NCBI GenBank assembly: GCA_965205485.1 | Contig: OZ242180.1 | Coordinates: 4,672,001 to 4,736,000 of the forward strand | Length of the DNA stretch: 64,000 nt | Origin: Candidatus Latescibacterota bacterium | GTDB lineage: Bacteria > Latescibacterota > UBA2968 > GCA-2709665 | Direction: 5' to 3' | Part shown: in pieces, positions 10,101 to 20,496 of the stretch | How the letters are laid out: each line of letters opens with the position of its first letter | Position numbering within the stretch: the stretch's first letter is position 1 | Translations under genes and position numbers: made by a program | Notes under the pieces: model-generated | Told to the model about the DNA's origin: nothing | The model's database searches: none | Seen by the model: the letters and a program-made list of their open reading frames with translations, nothing else

Positions 10101-11060
10101 CGCGACCTGTGGGAGGAAACGAGCTACCGTCTCGAACGGCTCCAGGCAAACCCGCGGTGCGTGGAACAGGAACGTCACTCACTGAGGGAGCGAAAGACAC
10201 CCGCGTATACGCTGCCGTTCACGCCTTCGCCGACGGCGCCGGAGATTCTGGCGTCCCGGACGAAGTTTCCGGTTGCCATCGTCCGGGAGGAAGGCAGCAA
10301 CGGCGACCGCGAGATGGCCTCGGCATTCCACGCGGCGGGCATGGAACCCTGGGACGTGACCATGTCCGATCTTCAGGCCGACCGGGTCCGACTCGACGCC
10401 TTTCGAGGCATCGCCTTTGTGGGTGGGTTCAGCTATGCGGACGTCCTGGATTCGGCCAAGGGATGGGCGGGGGTCATCCGGTTCAATCCGGGGCTTCGGG
10501 ATCAGTTTCAGTCGTTCTTCGAACGTCCTGACACATTCAGTCTGGGCGTTTGCAACGGCTGCCAGCTGATGGCCCTGCTCGGGTGGGCGCCCTGGCCGGC
10601 AGACGAGACCAGGAATCAACCGCGTTTTATCCAGAATGCATCGGGACGCTTCGAATCACGTTTCGTTACGGTGCAGGTCCAGGAGAGTCCGGCCGTGATG
10701 CTCAGAAACATGGCTGGCGCTTCCCTGGGCATATGGGTTGCCCACGGTGAAGGTCGAATCCATTTTCCCGGCCCCCGCATTTTGGAAGGGGTCATTCAGA
10801 GCAACCTGGCGCCCATCCGTTACGTCGACGACGGGAATCATGTCAGCGAAGCGTATCCGTTCAACCCCAACGGCTCTCCCCACGGCATCGCCGCCCTGTG
10901 TTCTCCCGATGGGCGCCACCTGGCGATGATGCCGCACCCCGAGCGGACGTTCCTGAAATGGCAATGGGGCTGGATGCCGGAATCCTGGAAGCGTTCCCTG
11001 GACGCGTCGCCCTGGCTGCGGCTGTTCCAGAACGCCCGGGAATGGTGCGAGGAGAACTAG
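7149..11060 (+). CDS. purL: Phosphoribosylformylglycinamidine synthase, large single-chain type
   Basis: [28 protein letters not shown], glutaminase LGVCNGCQ and MMPHPER. Confidence 0.97.
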   Translation: MGLLHLYRTPFLSRTQTDTLLNQVRQTVFPRVARIETEACFNVELSGTLTAEERKRLAWLLGETFEPERLAATPFLGGEGSLIEVGPRLNFSTAWSTNAVSVCQACGLTGIARIERSRRYLLRPGLTRDRKTAFLDAVHDRMTECEYPSPLSSFETGAHPEPVSEVPLIQEGRAALEHINRTLGLAFDEWDLDYYTDLFLDHFRRNPTNVECFDIAQSNSEHSRHWFFRGRLRIDGEEMPDHLMGMIQQPLRANPGNSSIAFRDNASGIRGYSTRTILPARPGEPGPFVDSDRNYDIIFTAETHNFPTGVAPFPGAETGTGGRIRDVHAAGRGSLVVAGTAAYCVGNLRIPGYEMPWEDRAFEYAGNFASPLRIEIEASNGASDYGNKFGEPLVQGYTRAFGLRLPDGQRREWIKPIMFTGGIGQIDARHITKGSPEKKMWVVKLGGPAYRIGMGGGAASSMVQGENTAELDFNAVQRGDAEMEQKVNRVIRACVEMGEENPIVSIHDQGAGGNCNVLKEIVAPEGARIHVRDLPVGDRSLSVLEIWGAEYQENDALLLHPRHEAAFKALCEREKIAAAFVGHVTGSGRIVLYDENDNTTPVDLELDKVLGDMPRKNFELYRKRPELTPLDLPDDITVESALKRVLRLVSVGSKRFLTNKVDRSVTGLVARQQCAGPLQLTVSDVAVIAQSHFGITGAATSIGEQPVIGLLDPEAMARMSVGEALTNLVWARVSAFEDVKCSGNWMWAAKLPGEGAALYDAARALVDVMLELGIAIDGGKDSLSMAALAPGPNRNDETVTAPGALVVSAYVTCPDVTQVVTPDLKHPDEGRLLFIDLSGGRKRLGGSALAQVYSQIGDTPPDVDDPGLLKRTFNAVQQLIAENNVAAGHDRSDGGIVTCLLEMAFAGNCGISIDLPTASDPIASLFAEEMGLVIEVHAGNAPHVLRALNAADVPCIPIGNTTSDTSVGIAVNGRTVLSDDMANLRDLWEETSYRLERLQANPRCVEQERHSLRERKTPAYTLPFTPSPTAPEILASRTKFPVAIVREEGSNGDREMASAFHAAGMEPWDVTMSDLQADRVRLDAFRGIAFVGGFSYADVLDSAKGWAGVIRFNPGLRDQFQSFFERPDTFSLGVCNGCQLMALLGWAPWPADETRNQPRFIQNASGRFESRFVTVQVQESPAVMLRNMAGASLGIWVAHGEGRIHFPGPRILEGVIQSNLAPIRYVDDGNHVSEAYPFNPNGSPHGIAALCSPDGRHLAMMPHPERTFLKWQWGWMPESWKRSLDASPWLRLFQNAREWCEEN

Positions 11061-11155
11061 GGAAACACCGGGGGACACCCGAGGCGAACGGGCATTTGCC
11101 TGCAGTCACCCGGTTCGGTATTGGGGACGCGGTATCGGCGCCCGGACACACCTCG

Positions 11156-11171
11156 GAAGCTGTTTTAAGAT
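11156..11171 (+). repeat. Isolated family-A TIR remnant upstream of folD RBS
   Basis: GAAGCTGTTTTAAGAT matches TIR GAAGCTGTTTTAAAAT. Confidence 0.45.
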
Positions 11172-11182
11172 CGGGAGGCGCG

Positions 11183-12061
11183 ATGACTGCAACGGTTCTG
11201 GACGGCAGAAAGCTTTCCGGGCAAATCGAAAGAGAACTGAAGCAACGGGTGGCGCGCATCAGGGCAAGCACAGGCGGCCGGATCCCCGTTCTGGCCACGA
11301 TCCTGGTTGGAGACGATCCGGCGTCGGCCACCTACGTGCGCATGAAGCGAAACGCCTGCGTACGGATTGGCATGGATTCATTGAGGGTGCTGCTGCCCGA
11401 AGAAACCACCACGGACGAACTCCTCGCCGAGATCGACAGGCTCAATGCCGATCCTCGCGTACACGGAATCCTCCTGCAGCATCCGGTTCCCGCCCAGATC
11501 CACGAGCGGGCGTGCTTCGACCGGATCTCCACCAGGAAGGACGTGGATGGCGTTACGGCGCACGGCTTCGGACTGATGGCAATGGGCGCGCCCGCCTACG
11601 GGGCGGCGACACCGGCCGGCATCATGAAGCTCCTGAAGCATTACCGTGTTCCGCTGGAGGGCAGAACCGCCGCCGTCGTCGGCAGAAGCCCGATACTGGG
11701 CAAACCGATGGCCATGATGCTGTTGAATGCCAACGCCACCGTGACGATCTGTCATTCCAGAACCCGCGACCTGCCCGGTATTGTGCGCGCGGCCGACATT
11801 GTCGTTGGCGCCGTTGGAAGGCGGGAATTCATCAGGGCCGACTGGATCGCGGACAACGCCGTGGTCATCGACGCCGGTTACCATCCTGGCCCGGTCGGAG
11901 ACGTGGAACTCTCCGCGGTCGTTCACCGGTGTGCGGCTTACACCCCTGTGCCTGGCGGCGTGGGGCCAATGACGATCGTGACGCTGATTGCCCAGACCGT
12001 GGAATCCGCGGAGAGGGATGCCGCCGGATCCGGCCCCGTGCCCGCGAACGAACGCCGATGA
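11183..12061 (+). CDS. folD: Bifunctional methylenetetrahydrofolate dehydrogenase/cyclohydrolase
   Basis: [46 protein letters not shown]; start re-set to ATG after GGAGG. Confidence 0.96.
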   Translation: MTATVLDGRKLSGQIERELKQRVARIRASTGGRIPVLATILVGDDPASATYVRMKRNACVRIGMDSLRVLLPEETTTDELLAEIDRLNADPRVHGILLQHPVPAQIHERACFDRISTRKDVDGVTAHGFGLMAMGAPAYGAATPAGIMKLLKHYRVPLEGRTAAVVGRSPILGKPMAMMLLNANATVTICHSRTRDLPGIVRAADIVVGAVGRREFIRADWIADNAVVIDAGYHPGPVGDVELSAVVHRCAAYTPVPGGVGPMTIVTLIAQTVESAERDAAGSGPVPANERR

Positions 12062-12112
12062 CGCCCTGCCAGTCGTCGAGGGGCCGCGGGTATCCATCCC
12101 GGTGCGTGGGCG

Positions 12113-15100
12113 TCAACGGCCGGTACCCACCTGCTCGAGCATTCGAATGACCAGAAGCGTCATATCGTCCGGTTGAGACGCATCTCCTTTGAAAAGGTAG
12201 ACGTCCTCCAGGATCAGCGAGACCAGGTCCTCGGCGCTTGCCCGTATGTGGGCCTTGATCGTCTGTTCCAGCCGATCCGTCTCGTAGAACTCACCGGCCT
12301 CGTTCCTCATGTCGGTCACGCCATCGCTGTAGAACACCAGCAAATCTTCCGGCGCGACCTGGATAGCGGCTTTCGCATGTCCGACCGGACTTCCCGGTGG
12401 CAACACCATCCCCAGCGGAATGGACGGCAGGTGAATCGCGCGCAATTCACCGGCGCTGGCGGAAAAATGGTACGGGAAGGGGTGAGCGGCGTTGATCAGT
12501 TGTACGTGCCGCGTCTCCAGATCCAGCGTGCCGAGACAGCAGGTCACAAAGCTGGCCTCATCCATCTGCTCCCTCAAATCTTCGTCCAGCCGCATCGCGA
12601 CTTCATTCAGCGGCCTCCCGCCTCGAAATTCGTATCTGAAAATGCCGCTTAACTGCATCGCGTGAACCGCCGCCTCCATCGCCTTTCCCGATACGTCAGC
12701 CGCGCCGAAACCCAAAGTCCGGCGAGCATCGTCCAGCCAGAAATAGTTGAAATAGTCGCCGCCGACGTGATTCGCGGGCGCGCAGACCCCAGCGATTTCA
12801 AATGAATCACCTCGAATCGGCGTCGCAGGCAGCAGGCCCATCTGCATCCTGTGCGCCTTCTGAAGCTCGGATTCCAGTTCAAGGATCTGGCGGGCCTGAG
12901 ACTCCCGCCAGCGCCGATGCCGGTGCAGCGCGTATCCGGACGATACGCAAAGGGCCACGAACGAGAATACGCTGAGCGCCACGAACCACGGCCTGCGCCA
13001 TACGGGCGCCAAAACCACGAATTGATGTCGGGCCGGTGTCGGGTCGACATTGAATCCCTGGTCCATCGCACGGACCTCGAAGGTATGACGCCCCGGATCC
13101 AGCCGACTCAGGAGCGCGTGATCTTCACCGGTAAACGGTGTCCAGATTCCAGGCGTCATGACGCGAACGAACGGCGCCCAAACCTCCTCGTTCACCCTCC
13201 ATGCGTATTTCAGCTTGTGTGTTGGCGTCTGCTTCCACGCGTCCTGACCTGAAAACTTGAACAGCACGCTCTGGTGCGGTGCGACCTCGCCGGGCGGCAT
13301 GCTCAGAGTGGTCTCAGGCGCATCTGTGTCCCGTGAGTAGACTCCCAGTCCCTTTTCCGTTGCAAACCAGACCCTGCCTGCACTGTCCTGAGTAATATCC
13401 CATATCCGGCCGCCGGGGAGGCCGGTACGCACCGTGTAACGTGTCCACGTGTCGCCATTCGTATGGACCGCGCCTGCCCCGAGGGAGGCCAGCCAGAGCG
13501 CGCCATCATCATCCACGAAAAACCTGTGTGCGCCAGCGAAGATCGTCGGATTTCCCTTCGGTACAGCCTCCCAGGTATCCTGGTTGTATCGAAATACCCC
13601 TCTGAAGCGTGTCGCAGCCCACACCGACCCATAGGCTTCGGCCAGTGCGACGATCGGTTCCGAAGGCAAGCCATCGTCCGACGTGAATACGCGGTCTTCG
13701 TTGTCCGTCTTCAAGATCACAGCGCCGTTTGCGCCAAGCCAGAGCGAGCTGTCAGCGGCCTCGTAAATCGCATGCACCCCTCTGTCCACGCCGGAAGGGT
13801 CCCCCAACCGGCCCGCGCCGTCGAATCGATACAGACCGGACCGCGTACCGGCCCAAACGCCACCCGTACGGGCCGGAAAGATCGATAGAATGCGTGATCC
13901 GCGGCGAAAAATGGGCAGGGTAAGCTCTTTCCAGTGTTCGCCGTCGAAGCGAACGAGCCGGCGGTCGGATGCGACCCAGAGCATGCCGTCCTTTCCCGTT
14001 TTCAGATCCACGATGCGCTGGGGCCGACGGCGGACTTCGGATACCAGACGGTATGCCTGAACCCAGTGGCTCCGATCATATTCGTAAACCCACTCTCCCG
14101 TGGCAGACCACAGGCGACCGTCACGGGATCGCCCCAGGGCCACCCCTCCCCGGTCGTCCGCGCCGGCCCATCGTTCCTGGTATACCCAACCCGTAGCGCC
14201 GTACCGGCCGACGCCCCAAGCCGTCCCGACCCAGACGGCGCCATGACCGTCCACCCAGATGGATCTCACGAGATTGTTCGGAAGGCCATTCTCTTCCGTA
14301 AAGACCTGAATGTCCGGCCTGACCCGTCCATCCGACGATTCACCGGTGGAAGACCTGAATCGAATGGCGCCGCCCACCGTCCCCGCCCACACCGAACCGT
14401 CGGGCGCGGTTGCGATAGACAGCACCCGGTTCGCGGGCAATCCCTCCGCTGTCGTAAACGCCTGCCAGTTTACACCGTCGTAACGCAATATCCCGCTGTT
14501 TTCCGTTCCCATCCAGATTGCGCCGTCGGCCGCCTGAGCCATCGCCGTCACAGCGCCGCCGGGTGGTTCGACGGGTATCGAGACCGGAACCCATTCATTC
14601 TTCGCCGGATCGAAACGACTCACGCCCCCACCCGGCCCGCGTCTGGGCCTGCGCGAAAAAGGCGCGACCCGCCGCCCTGCGTACGCCGCCCATACCGCAC
14701 CGTCCCTCGACCGCAACAGGCATTGCACGTGATTCGACGCAAGTCCATCGTCTTCTTCGATGGTCTTCCATTCGTCACCGGCGTAATGTAGAATTCCCAT
14801 ACCGGCCGTGGCGAAACAGAGGCCGCCTCCCCCAACGGCGACAATCGAACCTACGCCGACACCCGCGAGATTTCCCGGCAACATAACCGGCTCCCAACGG
14901 TCTCCTTCCAGTCGCGCGACGTGGTATTCAGCCTGACGGCGGAATCCAACGCCTCCGCCCGTAGCCCACAGAGTGCCATTCTCAGCTTCGAACAGTCCAC
15001 TGAAACCGCTGCCGGGCAACCCATCCGATTCGCCATAGGTGCGCCAGGTCCGCCCGTCATACCGGGAAATACCCCCGCGCGTGGCGAACCAGAGTACGCC

Positions 15101-15244
15101 GTCTCGCGTCCCAACGACTGACGTAACGACGTTATGCGCAAGCCCGTCTTCGTGTCGAAACACCGTCCAATCCATCATCGGGCGTGCTGTCGCACGCAGC
15201 GGGACGACCAGAAGAAGGACCAGGCCGATATAGACTCTGAACAT
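12113..15244 (-). CDS. Beta-propeller (Reg_prop/Y_Y_Y) sensor fused to SpoIIE/PP2C phosphatase
   Basis: Signal peptide; repeated DGLxxNxV...DGxxWxxT blades; HTFEVRA..PVWRRPWF plus TM helix; VGGDYF, DVSGK, YSDGV, QPDDMTL. Confidence 0.88.
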   Translation of the reverse strand: MFRVYIGLVLLLVVPLRATARPMMDWTVFRHEDGLAHNVVTSVVGTRDGVLWFATRGGISRYDGRTWRTYGESDGLPGSGFSGLFEAENGTLWATGGGVGFRRQAEYHVARLEGDRWEPVMLPGNLAGVGVGSIVAVGGGGLCFATAGMGILHYAGDEWKTIEEDDGLASNHVQCLLRSRDGAVWAAYAGRRVAPFSRRPRRGPGGGVSRFDPAKNEWVPVSIPVEPPGGAVTAMAQAADGAIWMGTENSGILRYDGVNWQAFTTAEGLPANRVLSIATAPDGSVWAGTVGGAIRFRSSTGESSDGRVRPDIQVFTEENGLPNNLVRSIWVDGHGAVWVGTAWGVGRYGATGWVYQERWAGADDRGGVALGRSRDGRLWSATGEWVYEYDRSHWVQAYRLVSEVRRRPQRIVDLKTGKDGMLWVASDRRLVRFDGEHWKELTLPIFRRGSRILSIFPARTGGVWAGTRSGLYRFDGAGRLGDPSGVDRGVHAIYEAADSSLWLGANGAVILKTDNEDRVFTSDDGLPSEPIVALAEAYGSVWAATRFRGVFRYNQDTWEAVPKGNPTIFAGAHRFFVDDDGALWLASLGAGAVHTNGDTWTRYTVRTGLPGGRIWDITQDSAGRVWFATEKGLGVYSRDTDAPETTLSMPPGEVAPHQSVLFKFSGQDAWKQTPTHKLKYAWRVNEEVWAPFVRVMTPGIWTPFTGEDHALLSRLDPGRHTFEVRAMDQGFNVDPTPARHQFVVLAPVWRRPWFVALSVFSFVALCVSSGYALHRHRRWRESQARQILELESELQKAHRMQMGLLPATPIRGDSFEIAGVCAPANHVGGDYFNYFWLDDARRTLGFGAADVSGKAMEAAVHAMQLSGIFRYEFRGGRPLNEVAMRLDEDLREQMDEASFVTCCLGTLDLETRHVQLINAAHPFPYHFSASAGELRAIHLPSIPLGMVLPPGSPVGHAKAAIQVAPEDLLVFYSDGVTDMRNEAGEFYETDRLEQTIKAHIRASAEDLVSLILEDVYLFKGDASQPDDMTLLVIRMLEQVGTGR

Positions 15245-15437
15245 GCCTGCAAATGCTCCTGCTGTCGGATAGGATCTACCCCCGTACAAACGGTCCTGCG
15301 CCGCACGAACGAAACATGGGTGGAGCGCGGCGACCCACGGAGACCTCAATTCTGCGATTGCACCTTCTTTTGCCCCGAAAAAACCGAAGGCCGCCCGAAT
15401 ACAGGCGACCATCCTCCAACCACGTGCGTTGCAGTTC

Positions 15438-16049
15438 TCAGAAATCCGCTACGGTATCGGCTTCCTGGATGATTCCTATCACATCGCGCAGGACGTCTAC
15501 AGGCTTCTGTTCTCCGTCGACCCTGCGAATCACGTCAGCCGGATAGAATTCCAGCAGAGGTGCGGTTTCTCTTTCGAATTCCCGCAAACGCCTTCTGATA
15601 ACCGCCTCGCTGGCGTCGTCGAGCCGGTTCTCCCGGAGCGCCCGGCGCAGCGCACGTTCAACCAGTACGTTGTCGTTGGCGATATCCAGATAGATGAGGA
15701 GATTGAGGTCGATATAGTCCGCCATCATTTCGGCCTGGCGCAAATTGCGGGGAATGCCGTCAAGAACGAGCACTTCCTCGTCCGGTCGAAAACCGCCGTT
15801 TTGGATAGCGCCGCGGATGTGGTCCAGCCACAGTTGAACGGTGAACTGGTCCGGGACCAGCCGGCCCTTGCCGGAGTAAGCAAGGAAGATCTTGCCAAGT
15901 TCACTACCAGGATCCAGTGACCTGAAAACGTCCCCGCAGGCCAAATGGTGGAATCCCGGTATGTTGCCCAGGATTCTCCCCTGCGTGCCCTTGCCGGATC
16001 CGGGCGCGCCAACGACCAGAATTGTCCGATGTCTTTCCCGTCGATCCAT
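15438..16049 (-). CDS. adk: Adenylate kinase-family nucleoside monophosphate kinase (short LID)
   Basis: GAPGSGKGTQG P-loop, GDVFR, GRLVPD, LDGIPRNLRQA, RLDD. Confidence 0.85.
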   Translation of the reverse strand: MDRRERHRTILVVGAPGSGKGTQGRILGNIPGFHHLACGDVFRSLDPGSELGKIFLAYSGKGRLVPDQFTVQLWLDHIRGAIQNGGFRPDEEVLVLDGIPRNLRQAEMMADYIDLNLLIYLDIANDNVLVERALRRALRENRLDDASEAVIRRRLREFERETAPLLEFYPADVIRRVDGEQKPVDVLRDVIGIIQEADTVADF

Positions 16050-16098
16050 CGTTCAGCCGCTCCATAGATACGTTCAGGCCCGTGGCATCAGCAGCCAT

Positions 16099-17007
16099 TC
16101 AACCGGCATCGGAGGATTGCAGCTTTCCCATCTTCGCAAGCACTTCTTTCAACTGGTGCAGATCGCCTCCGGACAATCGACGCACGGGTCGACGCGGCGG
16201 TCCGCCCGCATCGCAGACGAACTCCGCACCGGCTTTCAGCATTGCCGGATGGGTTCCCAACGCAAAGGCGGATCGAAGCGGGGCAAGCCGCTTCTGATAT
16301 TCCAGCGCGCCGCAGGCGTCTCCGGCCATGTACCGTTCGTAAATGCCCACGCCCAGTTCCGGCGCTACGTTGGCGCTTGCCGCGATTGCACCCGCGGCGC
16401 CGTGGACGAGGGCGGCGTAGATCAGCGTGTCGCGACCCATGATGACGCGAAAATCCTCAGGCGCCAGCCGCAGGTATTCGAGCGTTTGTGAAAAATCGCC
16501 CGAACTCTCCTTGATTCCAACGATATTGCCGAATGTTTCCGCCAGCCGCATTACAAGATTGACCGAAAGGCTGTTCCCGGTTCTCGCCGGGAGATCGTAC
16601 AGGAGTACGGGAAGGTCCACGGCGCGGGCGATCGCCGCAAAGTGGCAGAACATCTCCTCCGGACCCGGCGTAATGAAAAAAGGCGTCAGGACTGAAAGGC
16701 AATCCGCCCCCGCCTCCTGTGCCGCTTCCGCCAGCCGCACGGCCTCGGCCGTCGAATTCGCCGCCGTTCCCACATAGACCGGAACTCGCCCCGCCGTATA
16801 GCCCACGGTCCACTCAAAAAGCCTTTTCTTTTCTTCCGTGCTCAGCGCCCAGGGCTCCCCGGCGGTCCCCCCCGCGAATACCCCATGGGCACCCGCTGCG
16901 ATGACGTAGTTCAGCAGGCGTTCAAGCCCCGCCTCATCCAGTGCTTCGTCGCCGGTCATCGGAGTGACAAGCGCCGGAATCAGCCCGCGCACAAACGTGC
17001 TGTCCAT
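16099..17007 (-). CDS. Dihydrodipicolinate synthase-family aldolase
   Basis: PALVTPM, GTAGE, LYDLPARTG, GIKESSGD; GTAGE differs from canonical GTTGE so substrate is uncertain. Confidence 0.85.
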   Translation of the reverse strand: MDSTFVRGLIPALVTPMTGDEALDEAGLERLLNYVIAAGAHGVFAGGTAGEPWALSTEEKKRLFEWTVGYTAGRVPVYVGTAANSTAEAVRLAEAAQEAGADCLSVLTPFFITPGPEEMFCHFAAIARAVDLPVLLYDLPARTGNSLSVNLVMRLAETFGNIVGIKESSGDFSQTLEYLRLAPEDFRVIMGRDTLIYAALVHGAAGAIAASANVAPELGVGIYERYMAGDACGALEYQKRLAPLRSAFALGTHPAMLKAGAEFVCDAGGPPRRPVRRLSGGDLHQLKEVLAKMGKLQSSDAG

Positions 17008-17064
17008 TCACACCCTCACAAGGATTCCCGAAGATTTTCCCCGGGAAAGTTGCACCAAACGTAT

Positions 17065-17093
17065 AGTATACAAACCGGAGTTGAAGATGTCAA
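17065..17093 (-). promoter_or_regulatory. Sigma70 promoter for dapA-like/adk/sensor genes
   Basis: TTGACA-17 nt-TATACT on minus strand. Confidence 0.7.
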
Positions 17094-17120
17094 ACCGAAC
17101 CTGCCAGGAACCATTTGATC

Positions 17121-17149
17121 TTGACTTTATTCAATAAAGATCTTATTTT
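17121..17149 (+). promoter_or_regulatory. Sigma70 promoter for greA
   Basis: TTGACT-17 nt-TATTTT. Confidence 0.55.
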
Positions 17150-17301
17150 TAAGCATCTTAGAGTCAAATATCGGGCTCATCACCGTTGTTCCTGGTGTAC
17201 ACAGCGGGGCCGTCCGCAATTCCGGACCCCCGGTATTTTTTCTTTCAAATACAGGACTCGCAGATTCGGGTAATCCCCCAAAAAGGAAGAGAGACAGGAC
17301 G

Positions 17302-17775
17302 ATGGATCGGCTTTATCTCACAAAAGACGGATACAACAAGATCCGGACAGAACTGGAGCGCCTCAGGACCCGGGAACGGCCGGCGGTCATCGACGCGATC
17401 GCCAGGGCCCGGGAACATGGAGACCTGAGCGAGAACGCGGAATACCATAGCGCCAAGGAACGTCAGATGTTCATTGAGAAGAAAATCGCCGAACTCCAGG
17501 ACAAGCTGGTTCGGTCTGAAATCATCGACGAGAGTCTCATGGCCAAGGACAAGGCCTATCTTGGAGCCACGGTCACCTTAAAGGATCGGAGGACCGGCGA
17601 ACAGATCCGCTATACACTGGTTTCAACCGACGAAGCGGATTTCGAACAGAACAAGATCTCTACGCAGTCTCCGGTTGGCCGCGCGCTTCTTGGAAAAAGC
17701 GTTGGTGAGCAGGTCGAAGCGAAGGTTCCGGTGGGCACGCTCGCCTACGAGATTCTTGAAATCAGCAGGGATTGA
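17302..17775 (+). CDS. greA: Transcription elongation factor GreA
   Basis: AREHGDLSENAEYHSAKE, ISTQSPVGRALLGK. Confidence 0.97.
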   Translation: MDRLYLTKDGYNKIRTELERLRTRERPAVIDAIARAREHGDLSENAEYHSAKERQMFIEKKIAELQDKLVRSEIIDESLMAKDKAYLGATVTLKDRRTGEQIRYTLVSTDEADFEQNKISTQSPVGRALLGKSVGEQVEAKVPVGTLAYEILEISRD

Positions 17776-17858
17776 CCTGCGAGCGCGTCAAAACCAAAGA
17801 ACAGAGGGAACGCTCATCCTTTGCTTCATTCATTCAGACCCTGCGACAAACTCAATCA

Positions 17859-19223
17859 TCAGGCACTGTTAATCAACCGCGCCACGACCTCGCAGTGCGG
17901 TGTATGGGGAAACATGTCCACAAGCTGCACGTAGTCGGTCCTGTAGCCAGAAGACTCCAGCCGGACCAGGTCCGCACCCAAGGCCTCCGGGTTGCACGAA
18001 ACATATACGATACGCTCGGGGCGCAGATCACAGATCGCCGTTATGGCCTTCGTGTGCATACCCGGCCGCGGTGGATCGGTGACCACGGTTTCGAAACGTT
18101 CTCCCCGCTCACGTATCTGCCAGAGGATCTCTTCCGCCGCGCCCGCGATAAACCGGCAGTTGGACACGCCGTTTATCGCGCTGTTGCGGACCGCATCCCG
18201 AACCGCCCCCTCACCGACCTCGATACCGAGTACATAGCCGGCCTTCCGCGACAGGTGCAGCGAAATCGCGCCCGTTCCGCAATACACGTCCAGAATCCGG
18301 TCGTCCGGACGGGGATCGGCCAACTCAACCACCCGCCGGTATAGATGCCCGGCCTGGCGGGTGTTGGTCTGGAAAAACGAACCCGGCGAAATCTCAAATG
18401 TGAAATCACCCAGTTTCTCTCTAACGGTACCCGTCCCCGCGAGCACCTCTTCGCGGTCGCCTATGGCTACCTGGGCTCGCCGCAGATTGACGCTTCGGAT
18501 GACACTCCTGACCTCAGGAAACGTCTCCTCCAGCATCTTTCCCAACGACTCCGCCTCGGGAAACGCGTCCCCCGACGTTGTCAGCACAACCATGGTTTCA
18601 CCCGTCAGCTTGCCCTCGCGTATGGTCAGGAATCTGAGCAGACCTTCATGGCGCTTCAGATGATAAACGGAGTGCGAGCTGACAAGGTTTCGCACGCGAC
18701 CGACGATGCGGTTTGACGTTTCCGACTGGAGATAACACGCGTCCAGGTCGAATACCCGGTCGAAACGCCCCCAGACGTGCAGGCCCACCTCGGTACGCCC
18801 CTCAGGCGACGAACCGAAGGAGAACTCCATCTTGTTCCGGTAGAAGAACGGTTCTGCCGAAGGCAATGGCGCGTCCAGTTTCGTATCTATTCCGGCCTCT
18901 GCCAGACAGTTCCGCACCAGGTCCTGCTTCAATCTCACCTGGGAGTCGTAGGGAATGTCCTGCCATAGGCAACCGCCGCAGAGCCCAAAGTGAGAACAGC
19001 GTGCAGGCGTCCGCTCGATTCGGGTGGAGAGCAGCTCCTCCAGACTGGCTTCGGCCCGACGCAACCGGTTCCTGATCTTGCGTACACGCGCCCGGACCCG
19101 GTCTCCGGGCACCGTGCCGCGGACAAGCAAGGTATAGGCGCCCATCCGGCCCAGACCGTTTCCCCGTCGATCCAGCCGCTCGATGTCAATCTCTACCTGA
19201 TCGCCCCGCCTGGGTTTCAGCAC
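17859..19223 (-). CDS. rlmD: 23S rRNA (uracil-1939-C5)-methyltransferase
   Basis: TRAM domain, CSHFGLCGGC Fe-S motif, SFFQTN, DVYCGTG, DPPRPG, YVSCNP, DMFPHTPHCE. Confidence 0.93.
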   Translation of the reverse strand: MLKPRRGDQVEIDIERLDRRGNGLGRMGAYTLLVRGTVPGDRVRARVRKIRNRLRRAEASLEELLSTRIERTPARCSHFGLCGGCLWQDIPYDSQVRLKQDLVRNCLAEAGIDTKLDAPLPSAEPFFYRNKMEFSFGSSPEGRTEVGLHVWGRFDRVFDLDACYLQSETSNRIVGRVRNLVSSHSVYHLKRHEGLLRFLTIREGKLTGETMVVLTTSGDAFPEAESLGKMLEETFPEVRSVIRSVNLRRAQVAIGDREEVLAGTGTVREKLGDFTFEISPGSFFQTNTRQAGHLYRRVVELADPRPDDRILDVYCGTGAISLHLSRKAGYVLGIEVGEGAVRDAVRNSAINGVSNCRFIAGAAEEILWQIRERGERFETVVTDPPRPGMHTKAITAICDLRPERIVYVSCNPEALGADLVRLESSGYRTDYVQLVDMFPHTPHCEVVARLINSA

Positions 19224-20496
19224 GCGGGTCCTCCTCCTTCAGAAGGGCGGACGGCGCTCGAAAAGGACCTTTGTGCAACTCGCCGGTCAGCCCCTCCTGT
19301 TGTACGAATCCATCCGCGGAAAACAATACGACGCCCTGAAAGCCCCTCACGCGCGCGATCTCGATCTGAGCCACCGTTTCGTCGGCATTCTGGTTCCAGA
19401 CGCCGATTCCCGCGTACAGACCTGCCTTTTTCACTCGCTTCCTTGCTTCGGCCATCTGGCGTTCGATTTCTTGAGTCGATCCCTCATAGAACATGGGCAC
19501 CACAAAGTCCACGAGCCCCCTGTTGCTCCATGCGATCCAGTCCTGTCCGTACTGCGTATATGCGGATTCGATGTCCGGTTTTACAGCGGCAGACAGCCTG
19601 ACAGCGGGTTTGAGGCGTGCGATCGCATCACGCGCCTGGCCTACGAGCAGACTGACCTGTTCGCTGCGCCACCGATGCCACAACTTCCTGACATCGGTCG
19701 CGTCCGCACCGGCACCTGCACCGGCCTCGTTGTCATTCCGGCCGGCGGGGTCCAGGCCGTAGCGCGCCCTGAACGCTTCGTTCACGGCGGGACTGTAGTC
19801 GTAATGGATATTCGGGTACCGGACATAGTCCATGTGAATACCGTCGATATCGTATTCGTCCACGATCTCTTCGATGACCCTGAGCAGATGGGCCCTGACT
19901 TCGGGAACGCCGGGCGAAAGGAATCTCCCGGTCACTCCGCGTTCGACCAGATCGACGCCGTCGAGCGCGACGCGCCCCATATCGATCCCGTCTGCGGATC
20001 GCATGAACCATTCGGGATGTTGAAGATAGACATGCCGCGGCGACGCAGGCCGCTGCTCAGTCGGTTTCCAGGTGAGGAATATATTCACCCACGCGTGTAC
20101 TTCCAGGCCGGCCCGGTGCCCCTCTTCCACGAGAAGCGCAAGTGGATCGAAATCAGGATCGGACAGGGATTCCGATCTGGGTACCAGGCGGCTTCGATAA
20201 AAGGCATCGCCTCTGCCGCGAACCTGAACCAGGAGCGCGTTCAACCGGGCGTCTACGGCCATCCGCACAGCGCGCATGGCCTGCTCACGATTCTTCAGCC
20301 AGTGGCGAACCACCCACAATCCCCTGAATTCCTCCTGCGACCGGCCGGATGCATCCGCGGAACCGGACCCGAAGCCGAGCGCAAGGCAAAGACAGACGAG
20401 TATCCTCCGGAGAAAGACCGGGAACAAAGAGGGCAAATCGACCGGTCTGTCGATTTGCCCTCTCGTCACGAAATTGTCACGGCGCAACGGATTCAT
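19186..20496 (-). CDS. Glycoside hydrolase-like family 10 (DUF187/YddW-like) exported protein
   Basis: EFRGLWV, QVRGRGDAFY, DPL...GLEVHAWVN, DGIHMDYVRYP, QDW, PMFY. Confidence 0.82.
   Translation of the reverse strand: MNPLRRDNFVTRGQIDRPVDLPSLFPVFLRRILVCLCLALGFGSGSADASGRSQEEFRGLWVVRHWLKNREQAMRAVRMAVDARLNALLVQVRGRGDAFYRSRLVPRSESLSDPDFDPLALLVEEGHRAGLEVHAWVNIFLTWKPTEQRPASPRHVYLQHPEWFMRSADGIDMGRVALDGVDLVERGVTGRFLSPGVPEVRAHLLRVIEEIVDEYDIDGIHMDYVRYPNIHYDYSPAVNEAFRARYGLDPAGRNDNEAGAGAGADATDVRKLWHRWRSEQVSLLVGQARDAIARLKPAVRLSAAVKPDIESAYTQYGQDWIAWSNRGLVDFVVPMFYEGSTQEIERQMAEARKRVKKAGLYAGIGVWNQNADETVAQIEIARVRGFQGVVLFSADGFVQQEGLTGELHKGPFRAPSALLKEEDPRAETQAGRSGRD

Noticed and set aside
11060..11150. Possible ZMP/ZTP (pfl) riboswitch before folD (GGGAAACACCGGGG, CGCCCGGACA)
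   Set aside because: Lacks the GACUGGCG segment and P1 pairing, and would overlap the purL 3' end; an Rfam scan would settle it
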